Made by a program: the position numbers and the translations under genes. 64,000 nt of DNA from a virus. Positions 36,058-46,153 of the stretch are shown here, in pieces (position 1 is the stretch's first letter; each line of letters begins with the position of its first letter). The stretch lies in the IMG/VR virus record IMGVR_UViG_3300032397_000008, positions 19,040 through 83,039 of that record; one strand, 5' to 3'. The notes beneath the pieces were generated by a model. It was not told where the DNA came from. It did not search any database and saw only the letters and a program-made list of their open reading frames with translations.

Positions 36058-36633
36058 ATGCCTATCGAATACAGCATCAATAAGGGGCTTCAAGATGCCT
36101 TGAGCTCAATGCTTTGTGACATGTCCTTGGCGGAGTTTACTCCACTGAGAGACAGCGGGATCAAAGTTCTAGCCTGCACCAAGGTCAAATTTCAGGACGA
36201 GGAGGAACAGCCGTGCAGCGGTGATCCAGTCTCGGTAAGGAAGGTGTCAGACCTTCATCGTGTCTTTATTGACGGGCACTACTTACTTGTGGCAGATCAG
36301 TATACGTTCAGTCACTCGAATGAACTCCAACTTAAGGCACTTCTTCATTCTGCGCTCATGCGTATCAGCGTCGAAAACACAGAATCGGGACTCAAACTGG
36401 GTATTCGCAAACCTGACATCATGGCATTTCAGGCGACCATCAACCGTTTCGGTGCCTACACGGATGCTTTACTCGGTTTGCGAGACTGCCTGGTCACGGC
36501 CAGCAAGCGATTTGCAAATATGGTAACCACGGAGTCAACAGAACGGTCTGAAACACTATCCGAACCGGTTCGGCAGGCAGAGGAAGTGCCTCTGCCAGCA
36601 CAAAAACGAGTTCGATTCAAAAAGGGAGAATAG
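36058..36633 (+). CDS. Phage metallopeptidase-like protein with degenerate HExxH
   Basis: QLKALLHSALMRI...IRKPDIMAF..TINRFG. Confidence 0.45.
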   Translation: MPIEYSINKGLQDALSSMLCDMSLAEFTPLRDSGIKVLACTKVKFQDEEEQPCSGDPVSVRKVSDLHRVFIDGHYLLVADQYTFSHSNELQLKALLHSALMRISVENTESGLKLGIRKPDIMAFQATINRFGAYTDALLGLRDCLVTASKRFANMVTTESTERSETLSEPVRQAEEVPLPAQKRVRFKKGE

Positions 36634-36639
36634 CACAGC

Positions 36640-37227
36640 ATGTCCTCATACACAATACAAAAAGCAAAGCCGGGGTGGAACTACAAACGAGTAGGAAAGA
36701 TCGTTTCGGGTGATCCCTCCCTTAAGCGTTTTATTGGCGAAAAAACTGTCTCTATCGAACGGCGTAACGGGACGACCGTCAATTATTCTCCCGAGCTGAT
36801 TCTACTCATGGAAGCCATGGCGCAGGCCGGCATTCCGCTTCAGACATGCCCTAAGACTACTGTTTTGCAGTTCGCTGCGAGGTTCTGGATTAAGGAATCC
36901 TTCAAGTCCGTATCCGTACCGGTGGTCGCCGCTCCCGCCCAGCCCTCGAAGCCCGCTCCGGCATCCTTAAAAGCGGCTATACCTCGGAAAGAAGAAGTTC
37001 AGAATAAAGTTTTGAAATCAGACGAGAAGCCAACTTTTTGCGCCGCCGTAGCGTTGGCAAATCTGTCCATGTCCATGCTTCAGCTGGCCGAGCATTATGA
37101 CACATCTCCGGGAGCGGATAAGCGCCGGGAGAAACTGAACGCTCTTGCCACTGAGTATGAGCATCTCACAACGAGTTACTTAGACGGATGCTGGGAAGCC
37201 GGCATACGACACAATGCCAAAGCTTAA
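36640..37227 (+). CDS. Hypothetical protein
   Basis: Coupled ORF. Confidence 0.6.
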   Translation: MSSYTIQKAKPGWNYKRVGKIVSGDPSLKRFIGEKTVSIERRNGTTVNYSPELILLMEAMAQAGIPLQTCPKTTVLQFAARFWIKESFKSVSVPVVAAPAQPSKPAPASLKAAIPRKEEVQNKVLKSDEKPTFCAAVALANLSMSMLQLAEHYDTSPGADKRREKLNALATEYEHLTTSYLDGCWEAGIRHNAKA

Positions 37228-39325
37228 GGTACACGAGCCGATTTCAGGAGAACATATCTTTCCAGCATCTCAAATCACTCCATTGGCGGTAAAGTGGAAG
37301 GAATTGAACACTGCGGGTCGCCATGAGCAGGCGATGCTGATTCTGGAAGATATCGTAAAACTGTCAACTTCTATGTTTGAGCGCCTGGCTCAGCATGAGG
37401 ATTTCCATCATACGGTTGATCTCAGCATCCTGGTGTCGGCCGCTCAAGAGAAGGTGATCAAGTGGCTGCTCCGGTGGAATCCTAAGAAAGGAAGAATTTT
37501 TTCATGGTTTTCGCTTAGTGAGCGAACGCAAATCCTTCTTCCAGATGGTAATACACGACAGATCGGTGATCTAGTAAATGAACGGTATAGCGGTAAGGTG
37601 ATGTGTTGGAATTTTGAAAAGAAAGCATTTGAAGCCAAGCAAGTCACTGACTGGAGTAAAAAACCGTGCAAACGAAAAGATTGGCGTAAACTTATTGTAA
37701 CGCGACCCAGCGGATATTCTCGCTACATTTACATCACCAAAGACCACCGAGTTTGGACCCAAACAGGATGGGCGTGTGTAGATTGGCTCAATCCTAGAGA
37801 TCTCCTTAGTGTCGATAAACCGACTTTGACCAAAGACGGACAAGCAGCTTTGTTGGGTTTGTACTTGGGAGATGGTTCAGTTTTTAAGAATGATTTTCGA
37901 GTTACACACGGAAAAGATCAACGTTTCTACAATGAATGGTTACTGAAGAAATTTAGGGGTAATCTGTACGATTGTCACACTGTTGGGTGGAATAAGTTTA
38001 CCAAGACGACGATGGACCATTCTGGTGAAACTATCATGTATTTCCATGCCGCCGATATGTGGCCAGAATTTGAAAATTTGAGTCATCCTAAGAAGATTAC
38101 TCCGTGGATTTTGGATCGTCTTACACCACTAAGTTTAGCGATATGGTATATGGACGACGGCAGCTACGCAGAAAGTCAATTCGGTCAAGTGACGTTGGCG
38201 TCCCATGGATTTACTGAGCCGGAGCGTGGGCTTATTGTGAATGCTCTCAAGTGCCGATTTGGCATAACTGCTAATACGCACAAGGGTGGCTCCATATACG
38301 TCACCGAACAATCTAAGAATACGTTTTTTTCTCTTATTGCGCCGTATGTATTACAAGAATTCAGCTACAAGATAAAAGAGTCTTATCGACATGTTTCAAA
38401 GGTTGATTCCATGTTCGTTGAAGATCAAATAGAGCTAGTCAGTCACAAAGATATCGCCGTTTCAGGAGAAAGTTACTGGGAAGCAAAGAAGGTGTTTAAG
38501 CCGGTTTACAGGTCTGGCGAGACTACAAAAATGCTTCGATGGAAGTACGATTTGACCGTAGAAGGTAATCACAACTTTTTTGCGGGTCGATGTAAGTTGT
38601 TGGTATCCAACTCCAAATGTGCCAAGCACGCTTTTCTTTCTGAACTGGTCAAGGTCAACCAGTACCGAAAACGGTATCATGTTACCGGTGATAACCTGGA
38701 GAAATACTTCGGGGAGGTTGACCAGACTAGTGAGCGTCACAACCTGGCGGAGGAGTTTAATAACCGTCTGAAGACGCTTTATTGCTACTGGGGTAGCTTA
38801 CAGGAGCGAGGGGCGATTCGATATCTAGTGGAATGTGTCATAGACCTGGATAATCATGACCGGCAGGAGGCGATTCGCGGAGCTGCCTATGCTTACGGTA
38901 TCGGAATTGATTTGTCCAAATTTTTCTATAACTTCGTGCTGGTATCTTTGCGAGACCTGCATTACGATAAGATTCGTGTTTCGGTATCAGAGCACGACCT
39001 GCTGCGACTCCAGCAGGCGTATTCGACGTTTATGTTTTTGATGGAGGAGCTTCCTCCTGATAAGATCAAACGATTTATAGCGGTGTACGGCGGACAGAGA
39101 TTCAAGGTGCCAACCATACAGCAGGTGTACAAGCTAAAAGAAGATTTCAAAATCTTTCAAGAGATCGATCGAAGCAGTCAGGACCCGGATGCGATCAATG
39201 AAGCAGCTAAGAAGTTCAAGAAAACGCCACGCACGGCCTCGGAAATTTACCACGAGATGGCAGAAACACTTAACCCCGCCAGGAACGGGGAATTTGGAGT
39301 TTACAGCGACGACCCGTATGAATGA
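37214..39325 (+). CDS. Sigma-factor-like protein (gp55-like region 2) containing an intein
   Basis: Spliced extein reads WNPKKGRIFSWF|SKCAKHAFL. Confidence 0.6.
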   Translation: MPKLKVHEPISGEHIFPASQITPLAVKWKELNTAGRHEQAMLILEDIVKLSTSMFERLAQHEDFHHTVDLSILVSAAQEKVIKWLLRWNPKKGRIFSWFSLSERTQILLPDGNTRQIGDLVNERYSGKVMCWNFEKKAFEAKQVTDWSKKPCKRKDWRKLIVTRPSGYSRYIYITKDHRVWTQTGWACVDWLNPRDLLSVDKPTLTKDGQAALLGLYLGDGSVFKNDFRVTHGKDQRFYNEWLLKKFRGNLYDCHTVGWNKFTKTTMDHSGETIMYFHAADMWPEFENLSHPKKITPWILDRLTPLSLAIWYMDDGSYAESQFGQVTLASHGFTEPERGLIVNALKCRFGITANTHKGGSIYVTEQSKNTFFSLIAPYVLQEFSYKIKESYRHVSKVDSMFVEDQIELVSHKDIAVSGESYWEAKKVFKPVYRSGETTKMLRWKYDLTVEGNHNFFAGRCKLLVSNSKCAKHAFLSELVKVNQYRKRYHVTGDNLEKYFGEVDQTSERHNLAEEFNNRLKTLYCYWGSLQERGAIRYLVECVIDLDNHDRQEAIRGAAYAYGIGIDLSKFFYNFVLVSLRDLHYDKIRVSVSEHDLLRLQQAYSTFMFLMEELPPDKIKRFIAVYGGQRFKVPTIQQVYKLKEDFKIFQEIDRSSQDPDAINEAAKKFKKTPRTASEIYHEMAETLNPARNGEFGVYSDDPYE
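37511..38611 (+). mobile_element. Intein with LAGLIDADG endonuclease (367 aa)
   Basis: Starts SLSERTQILLPDG; LGLYLGDG and IWYMDDG; ends YDLTVEGNHNFFA..LLVSN|S. Confidence 0.88.
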
Positions 39326-40802
39326 TGTAGAGATTATTATTGAAGTGCTTAGGAAAAGCAGCCGGAACGTGGAATGGATGGTAAGATCAAAATCTACTTT
39401 ACCTTGTCTTCCTCCACTAGAAGACATGATGCCCGATATAAATCGTTTGATCATGTCGATTGTGCGGACGTATGCCAACCCGGCCAATCCTCTTCTTCAC
39501 TTTGAGGATTTAGTGTCAGAATGTAAGGAGAAACTTGCTAAGCTGCTGTTTGATGGTCTGGAAAAACGGGCACCGACTCGTGAAAAGTTCTTCGCATTCA
39601 TCAAGGTGGCGTTCAAGCATCACATTTACAGTCATATCCAGAAGCACGTATTCGCCTTTAAGCGGACCGGCGTCAAGGCTCCGCCCAGGAATCAGCAAGT
39701 TCAGTCTCTCCGGGCGTGCGAAGAGCCGGTGCCGATAGAATCGGAGCATGCAGTTCGACTCTATCTGGACGATCCAGATGCCAACGTACAGGTCGGAGAA
39801 CCTTTTGATACTAACGTTATGTACGAGCGGGAACTGGTCGATGAATTAAAAGCAGTTTTGTGGCCGGTTGAAAGACTAGTTTTGGATCAATTACTCAGTC
39901 CCAACGCAGAAGCTATGGTACATTCTCAGATTGATGCTTATCGTGGCAAGAACTTGAGTCGTGTGAATTTCCGTGTGAACTATCGACACATGGCAGAGGG
40001 CCTCGGTATCACTATCGATCTCTTTCAGCAAGCCATGGTAGCCATCAAACAAAAATACAAGATGATTATGATACAAGAAGACAAACAAGAATCTCCGGAA
40101 CAGCAACAAATCAAATTGGCCGAACTTACCCTCTGCCGGGTGTTTTGTGTTCAGGTGCCACCTACCATTGACTCCGTTACCAAGCGTCGGCTGTTTACAC
40201 TGGTGGCCCGTGATCAGGCGGATAAAATTACCACCGAGATTGCCAATCTGTTGGTGCTCATCGGTGCCCAAGTACCGCACAAGTTGGGTGATCAACTTTC
40301 TTGTCACGGTGTTCTTTGGCAGCGTAATCATCGTATCTGCATGTCGTGTGGTGCTCAGGACAGCTGTAAGGTCAAAGCAGTGAATTTAGGGCTCGGGGAT
40401 ATGGTGCTGAGTCCTCGCCTACTGGGTGCAAAGCTCTCTCGGATACCGGTGATTCTGCCTAACCAGCCACCTGAGTCTGACGTGGAACCTGAAAGGGGAG
40501 TTCTGCCACAGAATAACCGTGACGAAGACGTGTTGTCCTACCTAAACGATAGCTTCAAGCCGGTCATGCACATGGGGGAGATTTATTACAAGTTTAACGA
40601 ACGCCTCGGTGATCGTGATCGGTTACTGTTTTGCGTGGGTGAGCCTGGGTCGGCGATGCGTCTTAGGTTCTGCAATCCTCATGAGTCGGTAAGAGAGTCT
40701 TTACGACTGGGTAATCGAAAGGGATGGTATGTTCCTGACAATTTGACTGCTCAGGAGGTAATCGAGGTTATCGACCAACACACAAAAGCGGTTCTTTTAT
40801 AG
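39318..40802 (+). CDS. Second sigma-like protein with C-terminal extension
   Basis: FEDLVSE (region 2.2); FFAFIKVAFKHHI (2.3-2.4); L.PVERLVL...YRHMAEGLGIT (region 4 HTH). Confidence 0.6.
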   Translation: MNDVEIIIEVLRKSSRNVEWMVRSKSTLPCLPPLEDMMPDINRLIMSIVRTYANPANPLLHFEDLVSECKEKLAKLLFDGLEKRAPTREKFFAFIKVAFKHHIYSHIQKHVFAFKRTGVKAPPRNQQVQSLRACEEPVPIESEHAVRLYLDDPDANVQVGEPFDTNVMYERELVDELKAVLWPVERLVLDQLLSPNAEAMVHSQIDAYRGKNLSRVNFRVNYRHMAEGLGITIDLFQQAMVAIKQKYKMIMIQEDKQESPEQQQIKLAELTLCRVFCVQVPPTIDSVTKRRLFTLVARDQADKITTEIANLLVLIGAQVPHKLGDQLSCHGVLWQRNHRICMSCGAQDSCKVKAVNLGLGDMVLSPRLLGAKLSRIPVILPNQPPESDVEPERGVLPQNNRDEDVLSYLNDSFKPVMHMGEIYYKFNERLGDRDRLLFCVGEPGSAMRLRFCNPHESVRESLRLGNRKGWYVPDNLTAQEVIEVIDQHTKAVLL

Positions 40803-40805
40803 CGT

Positions 40806-41177
40806 ATGGCTGAACAACTAGCACAAACGAATCAGCAGGTTCAACCTGCTGAATTGATAGACTCTATGAACAAGTGGGACGCCCTTAAACAACAAGGGTG
40901 GATCAAACCCGTGGATTACTTGTTTATGTTTGTCATAATCCTACTGTGGACGGGCATGATCGTCTACTATTTAACAAGTTTTCCTAGTGTTTACACGCTC
41001 CTATCAACGGGAGTGTGTACGGTTATACTACTCCAGATATGGCTCGTCATGCTCGTGTACCGATGCATGGACTTCGTACTGGTTACTCGGGCTGATATCA
41101 ACTTGATGCCGGTCTCAGCAGCCCGCATGGCGATTGCTTATTTTCAAGCAGGACAGACACCCCCAACGACCAAATGA
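40806..41177 (+). CDS. Membrane protein with two TM helices
   Basis: Two hydrophobic segments. Confidence 0.6.
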   Translation: MAEQLAQTNQQVQPAELIDSMNKWDALKQQGWIKPVDYLFMFVIILLWTGMIVYYLTSFPSVYTLLSTGVCTVILLQIWLVMLVYRCMDFVLVTRADINLMPVSAARMAIAYFQAGQTPPTTK

Positions 41178-42082
41178 CATCAGCCCTAGCTATTTTAACC
41201 TACAACAGGGTTGGTGCTTTAAAGACTGAGCTGGAAGGTCTTTTTCAGCACTGCGGGCAATACCCTCTAGCGATTTTTGAGGATTTTGGGTGGAGAGATG
41301 GTACCGAAGCCTTTCTTCGTACGGGTTCGACAAAAGTGACCGATCGCAAAGACCTTCTGGCAGAAGAGTGGAAAAACCCCAAATTCACTGCCTTTTTAGG
41401 AACAAAGAACCTGGGTGTGGCAGGAAACAGTAATCGAGTGATCAAGTGGTTTCTGGACGAAACTACCGCTGATCACCTTTTTATGATCAACGACGATTTA
41501 CACATTTTGGGCGATGCGGTTGCCTGGTACGCTCAAGCGCACGAAGACTTAGGCGTGGGGCTGTTCTGTTTTTGTGACTTCCTTGAGAAGAGCTACAAGT
41601 GGTTGACAATTCGTTCACGGGGGTATCACGTGAAACTCTTACCCAGGATGACTGGTATTCTCATGTCCCAAACTCGTGCTGCGACGAAAAAGGTAGGATA
41701 CTATGATACCCGATTCGGAAAGTTCGGAGAAGAGCATTCTGACTACACCAACCGCATGCGCCTCGCGGGACAGATCACTCTGGATACCTCTCACCAACCT
41801 TGTCTTGATATTGAACATTACCGGGTTGGAGAAAAGCCTAGGATGCTGATGAAGCATCAGGACGTGCCGACATCTGTGGTTGGCATGGAACGTAGACGGG
41901 CAGACGCTGCCGCCGCTTCAGCGATGTCCGAGGCGGTCGTATCCTACCGGAATAGAAACGTTTTCAGACCGTTTGCCTTGTGGACTCCGAAGTGGGTTGG
42001 CATGTCTAAGGACGTTGGCATTCCTGTAAACAGATTGCTTTCCTCGCACGCGCTAGTGTTTGACCATGGCAGTTGTAATTAA
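41174..42082 (+). CDS. GT2-like glycosyltransferase
   Basis: ILTYNR, NLGVAGNSN, INDD, GYYD..FG.EH.DY. Confidence 0.8.
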   Translation: MTSALAILTYNRVGALKTELEGLFQHCGQYPLAIFEDFGWRDGTEAFLRTGSTKVTDRKDLLAEEWKNPKFTAFLGTKNLGVAGNSNRVIKWFLDETTADHLFMINDDLHILGDAVAWYAQAHEDLGVGLFCFCDFLEKSYKWLTIRSRGYHVKLLPRMTGILMSQTRAATKKVGYYDTRFGKFGEEHSDYTNRMRLAGQITLDTSHQPCLDIEHYRVGEKPRMLMKHQDVPTSVVGMERRRADAAAASAMSEAVVSYRNRNVFRPFALWTPKWVGMSKDVGIPVNRLLSSHALVFDHGSCN

Positions 42083-42124
42083 GTCTGCCGGTAGGCTGCG
42101 ATTTGAATTGTTAACAGAAGTCTC

Positions 42125-44872
42125 ATGCTTCACATTACTCCAACATTCCACACTGATGATTCCCGATCTCCCTACGATACAGTTACGTGGTCTTTAAGGA
42201 CAGCAGAAATCAAAGATCATTTAGGTAAGTCGTTTTTTCATCAGAACGAGGTAGAAGCTCCCGCTTCTTGGTCGGACATGGCAGTTAACATCGCAGCCTC
42301 AAAGTATTTTTATGGTGTGAGCGGGACGAGCGAACGAGAATCAAGCGTACGCGCTATGATCCACCGAGTCTGTAGCACTATCGAGGACTGGGGTGTGGCA
42401 GACGGATACTTTGGAGTAGCCGACGGAAATGTATTCTACAAGGAGCTGTCTTACTTGTGTTTGAATCAATATGCTTCGTTCAATTCTCCCGTTTGGTTCA
42501 ATGTAGGATTATGGCACCAATACGGGTACGGCAAGACCGGCACGGCGGGTAACTGGTGGTACAATTCAAAAACCGATCAAGCCGAATATCAAGATAATCA
42601 GTACAAGCGTCCTCAATGTTCGGCATGTTTTATTCAAAGCGTGGAGGACAGCATGCCGTCCATCATGCATTTGGCCGTTTCAGAAGCTATGCTGTTCAAA
42701 TTTGGGTCTGGGTCAGGAACCAATCTTTCCCCTATCCGCTCTTATCGTGAATCCCTGTCGGGCGGAGGCACCCCTTCGGGACCGCTTTCGTTTCTGAAGA
42801 TTTATGATCAGGTGGCTAACGTCGTGAAATCCGGCGGTAAGACTCGCCGAGCGGCTAAGATAAACATTCTTCACGATTGGCATGGTGACATTGAGGAGTT
42901 TATCGACGCCAAATCAATTGAAGAAAGAAAGGCATGGGCACTGATCGAACAGGGATACGATGGATCGTTCGGGGGCGATGCTTATGGGTCGGTTATGTAC
43001 CAGAATGAAAATTTGTCCGTGCGAATCAGTGATGAGTTCATGCACGCGGCAACTGATGAAGGGCATACCGGAGAATGGTGGACCCGGTCAGTTACCACCG
43101 GTAAACCTATAGAGAAAAAGAACGCACGAAATTTATTTCGAAAGATGGCGGAGGGGGCTTGGTTGTGCGGGGACCCTGGTGTTCAATTCGATAGCACGAT
43201 TCAAAAGTGGAACACTTGTAAGGCAAGCGGTCGAATCGAGGCGACGAACCCATGTGCCGAGTTCCACTTTTTGGATAATACAGCGTGCAACTTGGCGTCT
43301 TTGAACTTGATGAAGTTTGTGAAATCCGATGGGTCGTTCGATGTGGACATGTTTAAGGCTGCGGTGAGAATCGTACTCATTGCTCAGGACATACTTGTAG
43401 ACAATGCTAGCTATCCGACCAAGGAGATTGCCGAACGATCGCACGTATTTAGACCTCTAGGGCTTGGGTACGCCAATTTAGGGGCACTGATTATGTCTCG
43501 TGGTTTGCCCTACGACAGCCATACGTCAAGAGAATTGGCAGGGGCTATCACAGCGTTGATGACCGGGCACGCCTACGAAGTGTCAGCAGAAATCGCTCAG
43601 GTAAAGGGAGCCTTTTCTGCTTATGCCATAAATCGTGCATCGGTGATAGAAGTCATTGATAAACACTGCGAAGCGTGCAGTCAAGCACTGCACCACTCTG
43701 CGGGCGTTGTGCCTATTCTGGATGCGGCATATTCGTGCTGGAAGAAGGTAAAGTGTCTGTGCGACGAGCAAGGATTCAGAAATTCTCAAGTAACTCTTTT
43801 GGCTCCTACTGGCACGATCTCGTTTCTATTGGACTGTGCTACTACCGGTATCGAACCTGAAATCGCGCTGACTCGGTACAAATCTTTGGCGGGTGGTGGT
43901 AGCATAAAGGTGATCAATTCTGTAGTTCCACAGACGCTAAAGACGCTTGGTTACAGTTCAATGGACATTGAGTCGATAATGTCACACCTTGAGTCAACGG
44001 GTACTATCGAAAACGCTCCTCGTTTGAAGGAAGAAGATTGGGCGGTGTTCGATTGTGCCATGAGGTCACCGTCGGGCAAGCGTAGCATTGAGTACAAGGC
44101 GCATGTTCTCATGATGTCTGCGGTTCAACCGTTTCTTAGCGGCGCTATTTCCAAGACGGTAAATATGCCAACGGACGCAACGGTGATTGACATAGAGAAC
44201 ACCTATTTGTTAGCGTGGAAGCGAGGTTTGAAGTGTATAGCGGTTTACCGTGACGGGTCTAAACGGTCGCAGCCCGTCAACATTAAGATGGCATCTCCAC
44301 TGGAAATCTCTACTGTCGATCGTTTGAGATTAGAAATCGAGACTCTGAAAGGCAAGATAAACACCCCTCGTCGCAAAAAGATGCCGCAGACCCGTCAATC
44401 GGTGACTCACAAGTTCGCTATTTCAGGGCATGAAGGGTACTTGACCGTTGGGCTCTTTCCGGATGGTAAGCCGGGCGAGTTGTTCATCACTATGTCAAAA
44501 GAGGGTTCCACGGTCGGCGGTCTCATGGATTGCATCGGTACCCTTACCAGCATGGCATTGCAATATGGTGTGCCGGTAGAGTCTTTGATCAACAAATTCA
44601 GTCACGTGAGATTCGAACCTAGCGGGTGGACGGGCGATAGTCAGATCAAGAGTGCTTCGTCTATAATTGATTATGTCTTTCGATGGATGGAAATGCAGTT
44701 TCCTCAGAAGGAAGAAGTCAAGGAGAAGATTAAGAAAGAAGCACCTCCAGCTTCATCTGCTCATGAGATGACAACGGATGCGCCTCCTTGTTCGAATTGT
44801 GGTCAGATTACGGTCAGGAATGGCTCTTGCCACAAATGCTTGAATTGTGGCGAGAGTAATGGGTGTTCGTGA
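42125..44872 (+). CDS. nrdJ: Class II (B12-dependent) ribonucleotide reductase
   Basis: FNSP, SACFI, TNPCAE, APTGTIS, YRDGS, C-terminal Zn ribbon. Confidence 0.95.
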   Translation: MLHITPTFHTDDSRSPYDTVTWSLRTAEIKDHLGKSFFHQNEVEAPASWSDMAVNIAASKYFYGVSGTSERESSVRAMIHRVCSTIEDWGVADGYFGVADGNVFYKELSYLCLNQYASFNSPVWFNVGLWHQYGYGKTGTAGNWWYNSKTDQAEYQDNQYKRPQCSACFIQSVEDSMPSIMHLAVSEAMLFKFGSGSGTNLSPIRSYRESLSGGGTPSGPLSFLKIYDQVANVVKSGGKTRRAAKINILHDWHGDIEEFIDAKSIEERKAWALIEQGYDGSFGGDAYGSVMYQNENLSVRISDEFMHAATDEGHTGEWWTRSVTTGKPIEKKNARNLFRKMAEGAWLCGDPGVQFDSTIQKWNTCKASGRIEATNPCAEFHFLDNTACNLASLNLMKFVKSDGSFDVDMFKAAVRIVLIAQDILVDNASYPTKEIAERSHVFRPLGLGYANLGALIMSRGLPYDSHTSRELAGAITALMTGHAYEVSAEIAQVKGAFSAYAINRASVIEVIDKHCEACSQALHHSAGVVPILDAAYSCWKKVKCLCDEQGFRNSQVTLLAPTGTISFLLDCATTGIEPEIALTRYKSLAGGGSIKVINSVVPQTLKTLGYSSMDIESIMSHLESTGTIENAPRLKEEDWAVFDCAMRSPSGKRSIEYKAHVLMMSAVQPFLSGAISKTVNMPTDATVIDIENTYLLAWKRGLKCIAVYRDGSKRSQPVNIKMASPLEISTVDRLRLEIETLKGKINTPRRKKMPQTRQSVTHKFAISGHEGYLTVGLFPDGKPGELFITMSKEGSTVGGLMDCIGTLTSMALQYGVPVESLINKFSHVRFEPSGWTGDSQIKSASSIIDYVFRWMEMQFPQKEEVKEKIKKEAPPASSAHEMTTDAPPCSNCGQITVRNGSCHKCLNCGESNGCS

Positions 44873-44888
44873 ACTGTAGTTATGGCGT

Positions 44889-45668
44889 ATGAGCACGTTG
44901 ACAAACCGTATGACGGGTGTATACGAAAACACGGGTGTTACCATGGCGGGTGACGTTCCGCCAGTGATGACGGGTATGGGAATGAGCGCCGCTTTCGCCC
45001 CTTCCCGGTTCAAGACAGTTGACAAGGTAAAAAAGCCATACCGTCGCAGCCGCATGGTTTCTGGGATCATTGGTCGTCTCAAAGAAGATGAAGATGAGCA
45101 AGAAAAAGGAGTAATCCCTGGTGATGCCAAGGAAGTAGACAGTTTGGTGACTAGCGTAAGTGCAGTATCTGTAGAAACGCCTGTTATGCCGGATCCAGAC
45201 AAACCCGCCTCTATGCTCAAGCCGGGAGAGCCACTGATCTCTCCTGCGGCTGCCTTGGTAGCGCCTGACGTTACTCCTGACTCGTTGAAACCACTTGACC
45301 CAAGCCAGGTGCCAGGTGCTGACAAAGGAACGCCTCCAGAGGCAATGCCAGCGCCATCTCTTCCTTCCGAAGCTCGTTATTCGCCTACTGAACCTGGTGC
45401 GGCACTGGACATGGTACTGGGTAGGACTGCTCCGGCGAATATGCCTGCTTACGCCTCGTCCGGCCCGGCTCTTCAGGCGGGTGGGACGATGCCCGTTGAA
45501 TCTATGCTACCTGGTATTCCTTCACCGTCTACCTTTGCGTCCTCCGCCGCCACCGCTGTTCCGTTGTCCGAAGCCGCATTGATGCGGTCTCAGGGTGCTG
45601 GTATGCCTGAACACATAGCGGCCAATGGAGACGCGGTGCTGAGTGCTTTCCGGCGCTTCAGCCATTGA
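44889..45668 (+). CDS. Pro/Ala-rich hypothetical protein
   Basis: ORF after GTAGTTA motif. Confidence 0.6.
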   Translation: MSTLTNRMTGVYENTGVTMAGDVPPVMTGMGMSAAFAPSRFKTVDKVKKPYRRSRMVSGIIGRLKEDEDEQEKGVIPGDAKEVDSLVTSVSAVSVETPVMPDPDKPASMLKPGEPLISPAAALVAPDVTPDSLKPLDPSQVPGADKGTPPEAMPAPSLPSEARYSPTEPGAALDMVLGRTAPANMPAYASSGPALQAGGTMPVESMLPGIPSPSTFASSAATAVPLSEAALMRSQGAGMPEHIAANGDAVLSAFRRFSH

Positions 45669-45669
45669 T

Positions 45670-45954
45670 ATGGCCGTTGTATTAGAAGTACCCCGTCCGT
45701 TCCTGCCGCCACTTACTGTAGAAATCACACGGGAGATGTGGAGTGATTTATTTGTCATAAAACGTCTGGATAATGGACACACGGAAGAGCTAGAAACAGA
45801 GGAGACTCGGGACTGGTTTAAGGCTCACGGTGCTGACATGGTGAAGATTGACAAGGTGTTAGATCACGTTTACAATTTTCAAAAAGCTACGTGCACGATA
45901 GCCAAGCCTATTGAACCGAAAGTTCAGCAAAGAGACGCCGAGCCTCAGCTGTGA
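45670..45954 (+). CDS. Hypothetical protein
   Basis: Coupled ORF. Confidence 0.6.
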   Translation: MAVVLEVPRPFLPPLTVEITREMWSDLFVIKRLDNGHTEELETEETRDWFKAHGADMVKIDKVLDHVYNFQKATCTIAKPIEPKVQQRDAEPQL

Positions 45955-45988
45955 ATTTTTGTGGTGAGTGTGTAGTCCGTTTGACAGC

Positions 45989-46028
45989 GAAATGACCGTT
46001 TTCACCAATCGGTGAAAACGGTCATTTC
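45989..46028. repeat. Perfect 18-bp inverted repeat
   Basis: GAAATGACCGTTTTCACC-AATC-GGTGAAAACGGTCATTTC. Confidence 0.85.
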
Positions 46029-46153
46029 AGTGAACTTGATAGTGATTACGGCTCTATGCTATACTTCTAAATGGTGTGTCTACGCATTCATTGATGGTTT
46101 ATAGGGAGTAGACATAGTTGCTACAGATAGAAGACTGCACTTGTAGCAACGCC

